From positions 1-64,000 of the IMG/VR virus record IMGVR_UViG_3300020733_000010: a stretch of DNA of 64,000 nt; one strand, 5' to 3'. This document shows positions 1-9,559 of the stretch, piece by piece. The notes below the pieces were generated by a model. It was not told the origin of the DNA. It searched no databases and saw only the letters and a program-made list of their open reading frames with translations. How positions within the stretch are numbered: position 1 is the first letter of the stretch; each line of letters begins with the position of its first letter. The DNA is from a virus. The position numbers and the translations under genes are program-made.

Positions 1-236
1 AATAAAAACCAGTCTCGGTCTGCTTTGTTCTTAAACCAAAACTTTGCATTGTTAGCGTACCAGCGACCGCCAGGTTTGAAGACATCTTCTTTTAGTGATG
101 GACCGAATGTCTCAACATTCCACTGTATCATGTCGAGCCATGTCTGTTGGATTTGATGATACATTTCAGGCACTACTGGTTTTACCGTATAGTATTTTGC
201 ACCATATACTTCACCTTCAGCAAGTTCAAAATCCAT
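1..236 (-). CDS. small protein of the C-terminal WFxLRW family (3' end runs off window)
   Basis: Manual translation MDFELAEGEVYGAKYY...FWFKNKADRDWFL; ATG overlaps the TGA of the upstream gene. Confidence 0.8.
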   Translation of the reverse strand, partial: MDFELAEGEVYGAKYYTVKPVVPEMYHQIQQTWLDMIQWNVETFGPSLKEDVFKPGGRWYANNAKFWFKNKADRDWFL

Positions 237-469
237 CACACCCATCTCCATAGGAACCATTGATAGTCTTTTTCTTCTTTGAAGTAATACATCATACCGG
301 TACTATCTTCAAGGATAAAGATTCTGTTGCGAATGTTCTCATTAAGATTTTCACGAATCCAATCAAGTCGTTCAGTGTTGGTAGTATCATTGTCATCCCA
401 ATTATCTTTATCTTTAAAATAGATATTATAGGGCCAAACACTTTTGTTTAATTTTCTTGTCATATCCAT
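236..469 (-). CDS. small protein, WFxLRW family
   Basis: Ends YYFKEEKDYQWFLWRWV; stop/start overlaps with neighbours. Confidence 0.8.
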   Translation of the reverse strand: MDMTRKLNKSVWPYNIYFKDKDNWDDNDTTNTERLDWIRENLNENIRNRIFILEDSTGMMYYFKEEKDYQWFLWRWV

Positions 470-684
470 CTTAGTGAATAAAAAGTTGCATCACGCTCAT
501 CTGTAAAGTATACATCAAGTCTAAACCAACAATCTCTTTCTTGTTTTTCTTCCCATTCAAGTTCAACTATCATAAACTTTTCAAAACTAGGACAATTAGC
601 AATCGCCCATTCTACTGCTTCATCCGAGTTGTAGTCTCCGTAAATGTATTTGCTAACAATCACAGCCATCGTAAAATGAACCAC
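460..684 (-). CDS. small protein, WFxLRW family (likely start 669)
   Basis: Ends VYFTDERDATFYSLRWI. Confidence 0.8.
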   Translation of the reverse strand: MVHFTMAVIVSKYIYGDYNSDEAVEWAIANCPSFEKFMIVELEWEEKQERDCWFRLDVYFTDERDATFYSLRWI

Positions 685-965
685 TCGGCATGTTTTTGTT
701 CTTTAAACGTATACGTACTACCAAACTTGTTCCACTTACCTGCACCTACATTAACTACACACCAATCATTAACGTCAACCGCATGCCTCATGTCTTTAAA
801 TCTAGGAAGCGCAACAACAGTCCAACCTTGTGTCTTGTGAATATCAACCATTGTTTCATTGTCAATTGCTTCTTGTATTTCTCTACTGAAAGCCGACATA
901 ATAGTATCAGTATCAGTGTAACTATCTTCTGTCGTCCAGTTTGCAATAAATGTTTTCATTTCCAT
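660..965 (-). CDS. small protein, WFxLRW family
   Basis: Ends YTFKEQKHAEWFILRWL. Confidence 0.8.
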   Translation of the reverse strand: MEMKTFIANWTTEDSYTDTDTIMSAFSREIQEAIDNETMVDIHKTQGWTVVALPRFKDMRHAVDVNDWCVVNVGAGKWNKFGSTYTFKEQKHAEWFILRWL

Positions 966-1399
966 CTTAACTTAAACCATGCTAAATCTTTTTCGTTTTT
1001 GAAGGCAAAGAACAACACATCACGACCACCTACATCATTCATAGAAAAATCTTCTGTGTCTCTCCATAACATTGTATCATCATATTCATTGTGAATCAAG
1101 CCTTTTTCCCGAATAACTCTATGGATATCGTATCTGTATTTGTCCAAACATGTATAATCACACCAATCTCTAACTTCTCGTAACCATTTCATCCAATCAG
1201 TTACACCCGGTGGCAACCATTCAAAGTAACAGAGATATGGGTAACCATGATAATATTGACTGACAAGTGTTACCCGATATAACACATCTATGTCATGTTC
1301 TTTTTTATATTGACGCCAAGTTTGGCAATTATGTTTCATTAGAAAGTTTTTATTCTTTCTAAGTTTGTAGTAGGCTTTGATTCGTCTAAGTAGTTTCAT
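956..1399 (-). CDS. small protein, WFxLRW family
   Basis: Ends FAFKNEKDLAWFKLRWK. Confidence 0.8.
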   Translation of the reverse strand: MKLLRRIKAYYKLRKNKNFLMKHNCQTWRQYKKEHDIDVLYRVTLVSQYYHGYPYLCYFEWLPPGVTDWMKWLREVRDWCDYTCLDKYRYDIHRVIREKGLIHNEYDDTMLWRDTEDFSMNDVGGRDVLFFAFKNEKDLAWFKLRWK

Positions 1400-1626
1400 T
1401 TGTGTTTAAGTAGGAACCAGGTATACAGACCTTCGTCTACAATTTCAAAAGTACCATCAATATTACCGTCATTATGAATCCACATTTTAATTCCATAATG
1501 TTCTTGTACATACTTGTCAAATGAATCTGTAAAACCAGTATATGATGGTTCATGATAACCATTATACTGTTTGTCATATTCTGTTTTAAGAACTCTTAAC
1601 AATCTCCAATAGTCATACTTGTTCAT
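1396..1626 (-). CDS. small protein, WFxLRW family
   Basis: Ends FEIVDEGLYTWFLLKHK. Confidence 0.8.
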   Translation of the reverse strand: MNKYDYWRLLRVLKTEYDKQYNGYHEPSYTGFTDSFDKYVQEHYGIKMWIHNDGNIDGTFEIVDEGLYTWFLLKHK

Positions 1627-1901
1627 CTATACCCGTCCATAGATATATCTTCATACTCACCAGCAAATGCAATTCTGAATATCTTAGCGGCTTCGCTGTG
1701 TTCAAACTGAATCACATCATAATTTATTGGTCTGTCCATTTTGGTGTACGCATCTTGCCACTCAACATGGAAACGACTGAAGGGACCTTGCTCTGGATAT
1801 GATGCTGCCCACCAATACATTTCACTAGTGCAAATTTTTACTTTGAATCTGTATATAAAGACTGGGCGATTGTTGCCACCGCTAGTAAAAAAGTATTCCA
1901 T
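1623..1901 (-). CDS. small hypothetical protein, probable divergent WFxLRW-family member
   Basis: IQFEHSEAAKIFRIAF has the family spacing; TAATG/ATGA overlaps. Confidence 0.7.
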   Translation of the reverse strand: MEYFFTSGGNNRPVFIYRFKVKICTSEMYWWAASYPEQGPFSRFHVEWQDAYTKMDRPINYDVIQFEHSEAAKIFRIAFAGEYEDISMDGYR

Positions 1902-2224
1902 TATCTCACCAACTCTTTAATCATGTTAAATTTACTGATAGCATCTAAGACATTCTTCCAAGCATCAATCTCTGCTGTAGTGGATATCTTATTAACAGGT
2001 TTGTAGTTATAAAAGTGATTAGGACATTCTGCCCAAATGCTTACTTGAACTCCATGACTATGAGATGCTGCCGATTCTCTCCAGTCAGCATATTCATTGT
2101 CCCAGTAGTACAATCCATAACCTTCTTCATCATCACCAAGAGTTGGCAACTTATATGCTAAGTAGTAACCGTCTTTTTTTGGACGGTAATCACCAACATG
2201 ATACCAAATACTTGTATACATCAT
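1901..2224 (-). CDS. hypothetical phage protein
   Basis: ORF with ATG overlapping the upstream stop; W-x-x-V-x-D-x-x-P-x-x-D-G-x-Y-L-A N-terminus of a type common in small phage proteins. Confidence 0.7.
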   Translation of the reverse strand: MMYTSIWYHVGDYRPKKDGYYLAYKLPTLGDDEEGYGLYYWDNEYADWRESAASHSHGVQVSIWAECPNHFYNYKPVNKISTTAEIDAWKNVLDAISKFNMIKELVR

Positions 2225-2469
2225 AGCCACCTCAACAAGAACCATTCATAATCTTGTTTGCGTTTGAATCCAAAGTATCTTCCACGATTACGCCAGTTAG
2301 AACTTTTGAAATTACTATAGCAAAATCTTTCAACCATGTAGATATGCTGCCAGTCTTTGAGTTCATACTGATAGGGCCAGTACTTATCATTGAGTTCTTG
2401 TTCTTCAAACCATTGTTTCATTAAACTATCTATCTTATTCATCGGTTTCAAATCTTTAACAATAGCCAA
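2221..2469 (-). CDS. small protein, WFxLRW family
   Basis: Ends FGFKRKQDYEWFLLRWL. Confidence 0.8.
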   Translation of the reverse strand: MAIVKDLKPMNKIDSLMKQWFEEQELNDKYWPYQYELKDWQHIYMVERFCYSNFKSSNWRNRGRYFGFKRKQDYEWFLLRWL

Positions 2470-2687
2470 GCATACTTCTTTTCGTCTAAAACTGTAATCC
2501 TACGCCAGTCACCTTCAAACTTACTAATCTTAACACCGTACTTGTATTTGGCAATCACACGCATACCTTCACTGTTGCCCCAGTTTGATTCTTTTGCTTC
2601 ACGCTCAATCAGTTCCATTATTGGATTGAATGCGGGTTCGTACCATTTAATTACTTTCATAACCACCTCAACAAAAACCAAGTCCAC
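2448..2687 (-). CDS. small protein, WFxLRW family (likely start 2660)
   Basis: Ends ITVLDEKKYAWLLLKI. Confidence 0.75.
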   Translation of the reverse strand: MDLVFVEVVMKVIKWYEPAFNPIMELIEREAKESNWGNSEGMRVIAKYKYGVKISKFEGDWRRITVLDEKKYAWLLLKI

Positions 2688-2923
2688 TGCTGCTCAGTAA
2701 ATTCAAATGTCATGGATTGATTTTCATCACGATAGATACGATTGATTCCGTAGTACTCTAATATCCACTCGTCAGCTAGTCCTTCATACCCATCCTTCAT
2801 CCATCTTTCACGAATTTCAGGAGTCATGTTTTTTTGAATGACACTATTTACTTTCGTCCAGTTCTCAAAATTCTCTTTTCCTGTACTAAGTCTAGCATTG
2901 TATCTCAGTAGTTTCATAGCCAC
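2657..2923 (-). CDS. small protein, WFxLRW family (likely start 2917)
   Basis: Ends FEFTEQQWTWFLLRWL. Confidence 0.8.
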   Translation of the reverse strand: MAMKLLRYNARLSTGKENFENWTKVNSVIQKNMTPEIRERWMKDGYEGLADEWILEYYGINRIYRDENQSMTFEFTEQQWTWFLLRWL

Positions 2924-3150
2924 CTCAAACTAAAATGAATTGCATCACATTCATTATGGAAGTAGAAGTCCATATAATCTTCTGTTGGGTGTGTTGTATA
3001 ACATGTACCAGGAACGCCAAACTGTTCTATTGCCCAGATACAGGTTTCATTCCAATCATTAATAGTATCACCCTTCTTCCAAGGTATGCGTACTCTAGTA
3101 CCCTGCCAGTTTGAGGGTTTCGGTGATTCGTTCTTTAAGTTCTGGTTCAC
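2914..3150 (-). CDS. small protein, WFxLRW family (start uncertain)
   Basis: Ends FYFHNECDAIHFSLRWL. Confidence 0.75.
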   Translation of the reverse strand: MNQNLKNESPKPSNWQGTRVRIPWKKGDTINDWNETCIWAIEQFGVPGTCYTTHPTEDYMDFYFHNECDAIHFSLRWL

Positions 3151-3814
3151 GATGAAACTTTAATGACCATTGTTCTGGATTTATGTTATCAGATATAATT
3201 CTAACATGGTCTTGATTTAATGTCTCTAAAAAATGGATACCGCTTTGACTGCAATACAACATCCATGGACTTATTTTGCCCGTAAACACGGCTTGGCAAA
3301 TCCTACCCTTGTTACCATAACGTAAAACATCTTTATGTTGGATGTTTTCTATTTCGGCTAGTTCAATACAGTATGAAACGCTACGATGTATTGCATCGAA
3401 GGCATCCTCACGCCTTAGGTAGTCACAAAGATATTGACTATACAAACTATCAGTTGCCCATTTGTCAATGCTCTTGTTCTCTTTTAACAACCATAACATA
3501 TACTGAATGGGATTAATCACTTTGGTATCTGAACAGTAGTTACCAAACTTCACAAATGCAGTATAGTATGCACTTTCAACAAATGCATCATAGGTGTTGT
3601 TTTTCTGCCTAACATGTAAAGGACTCTTTGAATAGAATTCTACCCATGTTTGGAATCCTATCCTGTTACCAACGTGGTCTTTACTGAGCCATCTTTCTTT
3701 TTTCTTGCATAGATGACTAACCAATGTGCGTTCACGTGCAAACTCTTTGTTACAGAATTCACATGTGTACTTAGAGATTTCCTCTGTCTCTTTCATATTG
3801 TTTAATATCTTCAT
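3095..3814 (-). CDS. protein with N-terminal C2H2/C2HC-type zinc finger, function unknown
   Basis: CEFCNKEFARERTLVSHLC motif; ends in TAG. Confidence 0.75.
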   Translation of the reverse strand: MKILNNMKETEEISKYTCEFCNKEFARERTLVSHLCKKKERWLSKDHVGNRIGFQTWVEFYSKSPLHVRQKNNTYDAFVESAYYTAFVKFGNYCSDTKVINPIQYMLWLLKENKSIDKWATDSLYSQYLCDYLRREDAFDAIHRSVSYCIELAEIENIQHKDVLRYGNKGRICQAVFTGKISPWMLYCSQSGIHFLETLNQDHVRIISDNINPEQWSLKFHREPELKERITETLKLAGY

Positions 3815-4358
3815 CGGTTACAAGTTGTGTTAATGTTTCAATGTCTGAGAGTTTTAAGTTAGGATAAATCGTTGCAAGATACATTTTCTTTTTATGTTCT
3901 TCCATGTATGCTGCAACCAGTTCTTCTAGTGTATCACTATCAATACCCTTATACACCTTTGTGTAGTATTCGCTGATTTGTTGCTTAGTTGGCTTCTCTC
4001 TAAATGTAGAAACCTTGTCACTAAGTTGTGGTATCCAACTGTGATAATATTTCATCGACTTTGGACTTACTGTGCAAAGCATCAACCATTGCAGTTTAGG
4101 ATGCTTCATTACATGTTCGTTGAACAAGTGCGTGTTTGCAAAATGTTCTGTTCGCACAACATGGTCACTTGCTTTACCATTTGTATTGCTGATCCACTTT
4201 GTCATCATAAAGGGAACAAACTTGCGTTGTTGTTCGTCTGTCAGATTGTCAAAGTAATCATAATCTTTTCTATCTAATGCTTCAATCGCAGGGAACAATG
4301 GAAAGTCCATGTCCTGAAATTTTTCATCTTTTGGTGTTGCTAGTTTCTTGGTTGCCAT
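3771..4358 (-). CDS. probable clamp-loader small subunit (T4 gp62-like)
   Basis: FVPFMMTKWIS...N...HPKLQW...W pattern resembles gp62 homologues; lies next to uvsW. Confidence 0.5.
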   Translation of the reverse strand: MATKKLATPKDEKFQDMDFPLFPAIEALDRKDYDYFDNLTDEQQRKFVPFMMTKWISNTNGKASDHVVRTEHFANTHLFNEHVMKHPKLQWLMLCTVSPKSMKYYHSWIPQLSDKVSTFREKPTKQQISEYYTKVYKGIDSDTLEELVAAYMEEHKKKMYLATIYPNLKLSDIETLTQLVTDEDIKQYERDRGNL

Positions 4359-4858
4359 TAGAATGCCTGATTGTAATCAATAATCTCACAGTTGCGACTA
4401 ATTTCTTTTACAAAGTAAACACAACGGGGTTTATCACTATCATCAATTGGCACACACAAGAACTGTCCATTCTTCAATCGTGGTGCATACCATGTTACAT
4501 CGTGATAGATATCAACAATCTCAATGTCTTGGAAGCTAGGTCTAAAACTACTGAGTGGATTAAATTCAAATGCTTTGAAACCTCTGTCATTGATACTTGT
4601 TAATGGTAATGTTTCCAAATCTCCCATTTCAGGTTCACCAATCAATATCTGCCAATCAACTGGCATCTTAACTGTTTTATCACCGATGCGTAACACAAGT
4701 GCGGGACTGTTAAATGATTCTAAAAAGATTAGTGGTATATAATGATAGTCTACGTTTTGTGGATTTGAGTTGTCAAGTATTGCAAAGCGCAAGTCATCTA
4801 CCTCTTCGGGTAATGTCTCTAAGTTATAGTATGTATTATCTAAGGTAAGTATTCTCAT
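4358..4858 (-). CDS. hypothetical protein with possible degenerate Hint fold
   Basis: 166-aa ORF with its own promoter; Hedgehog-Hint-like residue pattern but no catalytic Cys/His. Confidence 0.7.
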   Translation of the reverse strand: MRILTLDNTYYNLETLPEEVDDLRFAILDNSNPQNVDYHYIPLIFLESFNSPALVLRIGDKTVKMPVDWQILIGEPEMGDLETLPLTSINDRGFKAFEFNPLSSFRPSFQDIEIVDIYHDVTWYAPRLKNGQFLCVPIDDSDKPRCVYFVKEISRNCEIIDYNQAF

Positions 4859-4870
4859 AGTTGTATTCTA

Positions 4871-6358
4871 TCATTTATATTTGACTTTTTCAACATCAAA
4901 AGGGTAGTTAGCTTCTTTGTAAAAAGCCTTGCGTTGTGTTAGGTGACGTTTTGCAAATTTGCAACTAGAAGTTATGTCCCATATTTGGACAAAATCTTTA
5001 TCCTCAGCTTTTCTAATCCCTCGTCCAATAGATTGAATAACCCGAACGAAAGATTTGCCTGGTTCAATAAGTATAAGGTTAAATATACGAGGGATATTAA
5101 TCCCAACAGCAGCAACACCATAAGTAGCGATAATAACTTTATTAGTTGCAGTAGCAACTTCATCATACTGTTCTTTCCTCTCTACCATGTTGGTGTTACC
5201 AGACACAAAACTAACATCGTATTCTTCTTTTAAGATACTGAATATGTTGCTAAGTCTTACCTGTAATGCTTTACCTGCTGCAACACGATCAACCAATATC
5301 AATGTGTTGCCTGATTCCTTGATTTTATTTATGATGGATGCAATGTGATCTAGTCGCTTCTCGTCTTCAAGTAAATGTTTCAATTCACTTTGGTAATTGC
5401 TAAACTCCACTTCGTCTTGCAATTGCATAATGTTAACGTGACAGTTAGCAAGAACACCCATGTCTTGTAATGTGCTTGCTGCAAGTTTGTTAATCACATG
5501 TCCTAATGATACATACAATGCTTGTGCTTCAAATATTGCTTTAGGTATAGTACCAGTTAATCCCCAACGAATTGGAATGTTACTCATAACACCAGTCAAT
5601 AGTTCTTTCAACACTTCTGCTTTAGCCATGTGTACTTCGTCAACCATGACGCACACAACATCTTCCAAGAACTCACCGATTGGTATTTCTGCTTCGTCTG
5701 CTTTTGTTTTCTTAAGCATGTTACCTAGACTTTGCCATGTGCAAATTGTATGCTTCTTACCATACTCTTTTCTGTCACCATAGTATACACCAACATCAAG
5801 ACCTAAGTTGATATAGTCTGCTTCTGTTTGTGTAACCAAACTCTTGTTAGGAACAATAACAATACTACGCCCATAGTTTTCAATTGAATGTGATAATGCT
5901 GCTGTGATTAATGTTTTACCTGCACCAGTCGCAATCTCTTGTATTGATTGTGGATTAGCTAAGAACTGATTAATAATCTCAATCTGATAGTCACGCAATA
6001 CAACAGGTTGTCCTGCGATTGGATGTTTTGCAGGCCATACTTTGTGTGCAAATGTTTGTTCAGTGACTTGTCCAAACTGAAAGGTTGTGCTGTATGTGCG
6101 TAAGTCTTCTAACTCAATGTCATACCCTGCATTATCAAGTATAGGTAATATCTCTGGTAACAGATTTACATAACTGCTACCACCTAAACTAAAAAAGCTG
6201 ATCTTTCCATTCCAACGACCTAGTCGGACACTTGGCAAAAATCTTGCACCTGGCTTTTCATATTCAAACTTCTTCATCAGAGCCTTACGCTCTGACAAAT
6301 CCAGTCCTTCTATTTTTACATTAACTTCATCTTTGATGATTAGCTTACATTGTTTCAT
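4871..6358 (-). CDS. uvsW: UvsW-like SF2 DNA helicase
   Basis: LRDYQ, ATGAGKT (Walker A), DEVH, TGT, GINIP, QSIGRGIR motifs. Confidence 0.92.
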   Translation of the reverse strand: MKQCKLIIKDEVNVKIEGLDLSERKALMKKFEYEKPGARFLPSVRLGRWNGKISFFSLGGSSYVNLLPEILPILDNAGYDIELEDLRTYSTTFQFGQVTEQTFAHKVWPAKHPIAGQPVVLRDYQIEIINQFLANPQSIQEIATGAGKTLITAALSHSIENYGRSIVIVPNKSLVTQTEADYINLGLDVGVYYGDRKEYGKKHTICTWQSLGNMLKKTKADEAEIPIGEFLEDVVCVMVDEVHMAKAEVLKELLTGVMSNIPIRWGLTGTIPKAIFEAQALYVSLGHVINKLAASTLQDMGVLANCHVNIMQLQDEVEFSNYQSELKHLLEDEKRLDHIASIINKIKESGNTLILVDRVAAGKALQVRLSNIFSILKEEYDVSFVSGNTNMVERKEQYDEVATATNKVIIATYGVAAVGINIPRIFNLILIEPGKSFVRVIQSIGRGIRKAEDKDFVQIWDITSSCKFAKRHLTQRKAFYKEANYPFDVEKVKYK

Positions 6359-7383
6359 TTAATATTAATTGGTTTGCTTGTTGCAAGGTTCACTACCTTT
6401 GCAATGTATACGTTCCCTCTAGATAGAGAAGACCATAATCCAGTGTTGACAATCACTGGGTAGTTGTATTCTTTGATACTTGTATTGAGTTTTTCGTTCT
6501 TTGCTTTAACTACGTAATCAATGTCATATTTGATACATGAGTCAACTAATGCTGGTATAGATTTTGATCCACTCAAATGTGTTTCAGATATAACAATAAA
6601 ATCACAACCAAGTGTTTTCAAATCACCGATAACATTATCTAGTTCTTTGTACTCACGTATTGAAGTTGGTTCCGTTGCAAACTTCATCAACGGATCATCA
6701 GTTATTAATTCATTATCAATCTCAACACCGTACATTGATAGTTTTGCAATTGTTTCAGGAGTTGTAGTTAATGGAATATCTTTGGTTGCTTCATACAACG
6801 CATTGTTGATTCCTGCTATCAACAGATTACCATTGACAAGTTTCAATGTTGGATCCCAACATGTAGCTTCTTCATAGTCTGCAAAATTATTTATAATCTC
6901 AACTGTCTTGTCACAATATCTTATAACCTGAAAGTGTTTGTCTAAACAATTAATAATATGTTTCAACACATATTCACAATAGACACCGCTCCATGTTTTG
7001 TTCTCTCTATTCCAATTCAAAAAGATATCTGACTTTTTGATATCGGTAACAAAGTCTTTTTTGTAGGGAGTTCTTACTTCAATGATATCATCTTTGATTG
7101 TACAAAAAGCGTCAGTGTATTCGGGGACACTATCAATTGGTTCCATGCTCCAAGGTAGTTTAACCATTTCGTTTGCGTCAATCTCTTTACGTTTAAGTTG
7201 TTTGAAATATCGTAGTGTAATCTTGTCCAACAACTCTGATTGGTTACTAGTTGTAGGTCTCTTTTGTACAAATTGGATTTGTTGTAGGTTGGAAAGGAAC
7301 CGTCTATCATAAGTTCCTAGACTTATGTTTTGCAGTAAGTAATGTACCAGTTGTTCTTTTGTTGTTGGCTTCACTTTTGACAT
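6355..7383 (-). CDS. hypothetical protein
   Basis: 342-aa ORF; ATGA overlap with uvsW; own sigma70 promoter. Confidence 0.8.
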   Translation of the reverse strand: MSKVKPTTKEQLVHYLLQNISLGTYDRRFLSNLQQIQFVQKRPTTSNQSELLDKITLRYFKQLKRKEIDANEMVKLPWSMEPIDSVPEYTDAFCTIKDDIIEVRTPYKKDFVTDIKKSDIFLNWNRENKTWSGVYCEYVLKHIINCLDKHFQVIRYCDKTVEIINNFADYEEATCWDPTLKLVNGNLLIAGINNALYEATKDIPLTTTPETIAKLSMYGVEIDNELITDDPLMKFATEPTSIREYKELDNVIGDLKTLGCDFIVISETHLSGSKSIPALVDSCIKYDIDYVVKAKNEKLNTSIKEYNYPVIVNTGLWSSLSRGNVYIAKVVNLATSKPINIK

Positions 7384-7389
7384 TCAAGT

Positions 7390-7418
7390 ATTATAGTACT
7401 TATGATTAAGAAAAGCAA
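7390..7418 (-). promoter_or_regulatory. sigma70-type promoter, ATG 6 nt after -10 (leaderless)
   Basis: TTGCTT-17-TATAAT-ACTTGA-ATG. Confidence 0.7.
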
Positions 7419-7428
7419 TAGTAAAGGC

Positions 7429-7452
7429 AAAAAAAGGGGACCTAAGTCCCCT
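7429..7452 (-). terminator. intrinsic terminator
   Basis: GGGGAC-TTAG-GTCCCC followed by T7. Confidence 0.85.
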
Positions 7453-7472
7453 GAACCTTGAGAGAAAACCAA

Positions 7473-7577
7473 TTACCCGATTCGCACTACTGTGAAGCCT
7501 TGCTCGTGTAACAAGTCAGCCTCATCCTCGTCATAGCAATCAAACAAAAACAAATCACCATCAAATACTTCGTACAT
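7473..7577 (-). CDS. 34-aa acidic peptide (not in ORF track)
   Basis: AAGGAG RBS then MYEVFDGDLFLFDCYDEDEADLLHEQGFTVVRIG*; ends just before the terminator. Confidence 0.65.
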   Translation of the reverse strand: MYEVFDGDLFLFDCYDEDEADLLHEQGFTVVRIG

Positions 7578-7589
7578 AAAGTTCTCCTT

Positions 7590-7925
7590 TTAACGTTTCA
7601 ATTCTTCAAACACTCGCTCACGCTCTTCCAAAAAACACTCAAATGCTGCCTTGATTACATTATAAAAGAATGCAAACAATACCAGCCAGAAACAACCTGT
7701 TGTAATCATAGTCACTGTTGCTCTATCTTCAACCAACCATAATGAAGTTAGAATGATTACCATCATAAAAACTAAAGAAAGGACAACATAGCCGGCAGTA
7801 GCAAAGATGCGTTCCGCTGTATGCTTCTTTAACTCATTGCGAAAATTTTCTGCGGCAACAAAACAACCACCAAAAATCTTCATAAAACACCAACCGAAAA
7901 ATGCTAGATACATACGCCAATTCAT
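7590..7925 (-). CDS. membrane protein, paralogue of 7928-8287
   Basis: Two hydrophobic segments; C-terminus FxxFLEExERVFEELK. Confidence 0.75.
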   Translation of the reverse strand: MNWRMYLAFFGWCFMKIFGGCFVAAENFRNELKKHTAERIFATAGYVVLSLVFMMVIILTSLWLVEDRATVTMITTGCFWLVLFAFFYNVIKAAFECFLEERERVFEELKR

Positions 7926-7927
7926 GT

Positions 7928-8287
7928 TTATTCCTTAAGAATCGTAAAAGTCTTTTCGTAGTCTTCAATGAACATATCATACCACGATGCAATTAGGGCA
8001 CTCAAGTAGAACAATGTTACTGGTATTACGGAAGCAATTATACCAGTTGTTGCATCTAAGTCACGGTTAATTGATAGCTTTACCATGACAGCAAAAGCAC
8101 CGTATACTGCAACCGAAAAACATGAAGCCAACATATAAGTAAACAGCGTCATTGAAAGACTAGTCCGTGCAAGTTTTTTTGCTTCAATGAATGCTTCAAC
8201 AAATGACATTGCAGGTCGTTTGAAAACAATTTTTACAAACTTGCCAATCAACCAAACGATAAACTTACCTAGCATTTTTATTTTCAT
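7928..8287 (-). CDS. membrane protein, paralogue of 7590-7925
   Basis: Two hydrophobic segments; C-terminus YDMFIEDYEKTFTILK. Confidence 0.75.
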   Translation of the reverse strand: MKIKMLGKFIVWLIGKFVKIVFKRPAMSFVEAFIEAKKLARTSLSMTLFTYMLASCFSVAVYGAFAVMVKLSINRDLDATTGIIASVIPVTLFYLSALIASWYDMFIEDYEKTFTILKE

Positions 8288-8541
8288 TCTTCAACTCCGA
8301 AATGTTCTTTGATAATAACAGCACTATCAAGCATACCTTGCATATAGTCAGCATCAGTTTCAGAACCATCGTATGCCCCACCCAATTTTGTTAGTGTGGA
8401 AGCACATTCCCTGACAATCAACTCGGCGAACTTTTCTGCATCAATCAACGGCCATGGCTTTGTCATTGTTTTATCCGTGCATTGGTTCAATAGTTTTTTA
8501 ATTCGTTTGTGCATTTCAATAATCCTCAATTCTTCATGCAA
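8284..8541 (-). CDS. small hypothetical protein
   Basis: EKFAELIVRECA...IKEHFGVEE, a recurrent small phage protein type. Confidence 0.75.
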   Translation of the reverse strand: MHEELRIIEMHKRIKKLLNQCTDKTMTKPWPLIDAEKFAELIVRECASTLTKLGGAYDGSETDADYMQGMLDSAVIIKEHFGVEE

Positions 8542-9530
8542 GTTGCCTTAGCCAACTCACGCCAGTTACCACTGATCTTCACGAGGTCAGCAATCTTCAA
8601 ACACATACGCAAGGACACTTCACGCAATTTGCTGTGGTTCTCATTAACAAAGTGCATAATCTCGTCTGTTTGTTCTTGAGTAAAGTCATAGTCAGCAAAC
8701 AAACCACCATCAGCATCACGGTGAACTTGTTTGATACGCAACATTTTGTCACGCTCACTATTCACTGTCAAGTCTAAAAAGTGACAACGACTTTGCAATG
8801 CATCCAAGTGAGGCTGAATTTTGCTTGCTTTTTTGCTGTCAAAAGTTTTGTTAGTAATGAAGATGATGGAACCTTCAAAGTTGAAAGTATTGGGCACTCC
8901 CTCATCACGCAACAAACGACTGTCTTTATTCCAACTGATGCGGCGAGTTTTACCACTATCCAACGCACCTTTCAATACGTTGATAGCATCTTGATCTTCC
9001 CAAATATCACAGTCATCAAACACTAGCACATTCTTCTTGTCACTGAATTTGTACAACTTAGCGAACAAGCCGATGCCTGACATTGCACCTTTGACAATCT
9101 CAAAGCGAGGGCGTTTGCCTGCAATCTTGTCAAACATACTTGCCTTTTCCATTTGCAATGTGACACCATGACTCTTACCAATACCCGCAGGGCCTGTCAC
9201 AATCATAGCACGAATGTCACCTGCGATACAGGCTTTACTCATTTCATCAAGCACACCGAAACGACTAGCAATGCGATCCATTGCTTCTGTTTCAGATTCA
9301 ATCACTTTTTCTTCAACAACAGGTGTATCACCTGACACAAATTCAATACAATCATGTGTATCAACGTTCACACGAATTTCTGAACTACGACCTGGGAACT
9401 GACCCTCATTCTTAACAGTAACAAAACCACCTTTGGAACCAAGTTGATAGCCTTTGACAAGTGTAAAGACTTGATTGGACACTGGGCTGTTGCGATATGT
9501 ACCTGAAATGATGCGAACTGTGCTAGTCAT
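8526..9530 (-). CDS. AAA+ ATPase
   Basis: GPAGIGKS Walker A, VLVFDDCD Walker B, IIFITN sensor I, ALQSR arginine finger. Confidence 0.88.
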   Translation of the reverse strand: MTSTVRIISGTYRNSPVSNQVFTLVKGYQLGSKGGFVTVKNEGQFPGRSSEIRVNVDTHDCIEFVSGDTPVVEEKVIESETEAMDRIASRFGVLDEMSKACIAGDIRAMIVTGPAGIGKSHGVTLQMEKASMFDKIAGKRPRFEIVKGAMSGIGLFAKLYKFSDKKNVLVFDDCDIWEDQDAINVLKGALDSGKTRRISWNKDSRLLRDEGVPNTFNFEGSIIFITNKTFDSKKASKIQPHLDALQSRCHFLDLTVNSERDKMLRIKQVHRDADGGLFADYDFTQEQTDEIMHFVNENHSKLREVSLRMCLKIADLVKISGNWRELAKATCMKN

Positions 9531-9559
9531 GTGTGTTCCTGTGTTGTGTTAAAGATGTT

